A model generated the notes under the pieces. It searched no databases and had not been told where the DNA came from. It saw only the letters and a list, made by a program, of their open reading frames with translations. A stretch of DNA of 64,000 nucleotides from an uncultured Clostridia bacterium. Its GTDB lineage: Bacteria > Bacillota > Clostridia > Oscillospirales > CAG-272. Numbering within the stretch: the stretch's first letter is position 1; the number at the start of each line of letters is the position of its first letter. A program made the translations under genes and the position numbers. The stretch lies in the NCBI GenBank assembly GCA_944384585.1, contig CALWTY010000001.1, positions 19,849 through 83,848 of the forward strand, given 5' to 3'. Of the stretch, positions 62,399 to 64,000 are shown piece after piece.

Positions 62399-63463
62399 TC
62401 ATGCCGCCTCCGCCAGAGCCAGCGCAATGACCTTATCCTTCAGCAGCATCTCCCCCACCTGTTCCTTTCCGTAGTGGTCGAGATAATCCTTCCCCGACGC
62501 GAAAACGCCGCCGGAGGCAGCCGCGCAGGAGGCGGCAAAGGCGGACAGCTCCTCGTCCGTGAAGGTGATCTCCTCGGCTCTGACGATCGAATAAAGGACA
62601 AACGCCTCCTTGGTGCGGTCGAGCGCCTGCTCCCCGATTTGGTCCTCCAGCTCCTGTTCGCTCATGCCGTAGAACTCCTCGACATACTCTCCCAGCGACT
62701 GCGACTGCACCTCCGCCAGCTTCCGATAGGACAGATACAGCTCCTCGTAATAGACGCTGTACACGTCATAAGGCGCATCGATCAGAACGCTTCCGTCGAT
62801 AATCTTCTTCCAGATCTCCGCCTCCCGCCGATAGTCGGCATCGGCCTTTTTCCCGGCCTCCAGCCGCTTCCTTGTCTCGGAGCGGTAGCCTTCCGCCCCG
62901 CCGCAGCCAGGCATCAGCCGCTCTGCGGTCTCATCGTCAAGGGTGGGCGTGACCTTTTCGCTGACCGAAAGCACCGTCACACGGTAAGTCGCCTTGGTTT
63001 CGGGAGAACCGTCCTCCATGTACCCGGCGGGAATCAGGACTTCAAGCTCCGCCGTCTCGCCCTTCTTCATGCCGATCATCCGGGAGAGAAGGCTGTAGGC
63101 CACCGCGTCGCCGGTCTTGTCGGCGCAGTCGTAGGAGACCCCCTCCGCCGAATACTCCGGTCTTGATTCCCCGTCGATGAAGCAGAAGCGGTCAAACCGG
63201 ACGATACTGCTTTCGGTAATCCCCTCCTCCGTCTCGACCGGCGCGGAGAGCGCCTTCAGCGCCTCCTCGACCGCCGCCTCCAGCTCCGACTCCGACACTT
63301 TCGTGTCATAGTCCGTCACCGTCAGGCCCTTATACGGACCGAGGGTCAGATATTTCGAGAGATTCTCCTCATATAAGCCGTCGAATCGGCTGATGGCACA
63401 GGAGCAGAGCGATGCGCCCACCGCTGCGGTCAAGAGGAGCATGATCAAATTCCGCATTTTCAT
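62399..63463 (-). CDS. probable lipoprotein with trigger-factor/FKBP-like architecture
   Basis: Signal peptide MKMRNLIMLLLTAAVGASLCSC. The acidic helical C-terminal half resembles the trigger-factor C-domain. Function not established. Confidence 0.5.
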   Translation of the reverse strand: MKMRNLIMLLLTAAVGASLCSCAISRFDGLYEENLSKYLTLGPYKGLTVTDYDTKVSESELEAAVEEALKALSAPVETEEGITESSIVRFDRFCFIDGESRPEYSAEGVSYDCADKTGDAVAYSLLSRMIGMKKGETAELEVLIPAGYMEDGSPETKATYRVTVLSVSEKVTPTLDDETAERLMPGCGGAEGYRSETRKRLEAGKKADADYRREAEIWKKIIDGSVLIDAPYDVYSVYYEELYLSYRKLAEVQSQSLGEYVEEFYGMSEQELEDQIGEQALDRTKEAFVLYSIVRAEEITFTDEELSAFAASCAAASGGVFASGKDYLDHYGKEQVGEMLLKDKVIALALAEAA

Positions 63464-63625
63464 TCCGATTACCGCCCTAAAAAAACTCATAAGTAAAATA
63501 TACCACAAATCGCCGCCAAATAAAAGAGGCAATTATTTTATTTACAATTTATCCATATCTTCCGTCTCCTTTCCCGCCGGCGGGAAAGGAAAAGCCTCCG
63601 CGCGGCTGCGCGAAGGCTGGGCGGG

Positions 63626-64000
63626 TCATGCCTTTTCGGTCTTTTCGATCACACGGACATTCACCGGCAGAATGCCCGTCTGCTCGTATACGATCTCGTA
63701 GATCTGCGCCACCTGGTTGGGCAGCAGCGTCGCGTCGGTTTTGACGATCACGCTGCATTTCGAATCGCTGATCACCGCCACGCACTTCTCAAAGCCCTTG
63801 GCGACCACCAGACTTTCGATCTTCGCCTCGTTGTCGATATCCTTCGCAATCCGGGAGATCTCCGCCATCGCCGCCGACTTGGATTCGTCCAGCGCCTCGG
63901 GATTATCCACCACCAGCTGCAGCACCTCGATCGCTTCGTCGCGGCTTCTCTTCCGCTCGACCTGCGCCGAGGCGAAATAGCTGTCGATGTCGTCGGGATC
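63626..64000 (-). CDS. spoIIIAH: stage III sporulation protein AH (3-prime part; gene continues beyond the window end)
   Basis: The reading frame stays open to position 64000 (…YFASAQVERKRSRDEAIEVLQLVVDN…). C-terminal KCVAVISDSKCSVIVKTD...VAQIYEIVYEQTGI is typical of the SpoIIIAH/YscJ-like fold. Confidence 0.7.
   Translation of the reverse strand, partial: DPDDIDSYFASAQVERKRSRDEAIEVLQLVVDNPEALDESKSAAMAEISRIAKDIDNEAKIESLVVAKGFEKCVAVISDSKCSVIVKTDATLLPNQVAQIYEIVYEQTGILPVNVRVIEKTEKA

Overview
This is a GC-rich, Firmicutes/Clostridia-type chromosomal segment. That assignment is an inference from gene content: spo0A, spoIID, spoIIIAH, yaaT/ricT, a dnaD-like plus dnaI-like pair, a split transketolase and a clostridial ferredoxin.

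Most of the window is ordinary housekeeping:
- galU, dCMP deaminase, rimI-tsaD, an isocitrate-DH-like gene, and rex followed by the replication-loader genes.
- tkt, gltX-glnS, acpP, and the yaaQ-holB-yaaT block.
- mtnN-luxS, rlmI, potABCD, hemW, alr, and several peptidases.

The only clearly accessory block is a glycopolymer locus of about 16.5 kb at 29.4-45.9 kb. All its genes are on one strand and tightly coupled. It contains:
- a consensus promoter and a small priming phosphoglycosyl transferase;
- 11 glycosyltransferases;
- 2 polysaccharide pyruvyl transferases;
- a Wzm/Wzt-type ABC exporter whose ATPase has a long C-terminal extension;
- a tandemly duplicated GT2 gene whose two copies have an identical core and diverged flanks.

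Other points worth a second look:
- six DnaA boxes in 120 bp downstream of tsaD;
- a roughly 200-nt rod-shaped 6S-like RNA candidate;
- a decayed P-type ATPase next to a TetR gene with a palindromic operator;
- a Spo0A whose conserved receiver lysine is arginine;
- a Rex-like protein with a degenerate dinucleotide-binding motif, coupled to the replication genes.

I found no rRNA, tRNA, CRISPR array, transposase or integrase, and no recognisable toxin-antitoxin or phage-defence genes. Apart from the glycan locus and the non-coding elements above, I cannot support a claim of a new multi-gene system.

All family assignments come from reading motifs by eye, not from database searches. Start codons are best guesses from Shine-Dalgarno context.
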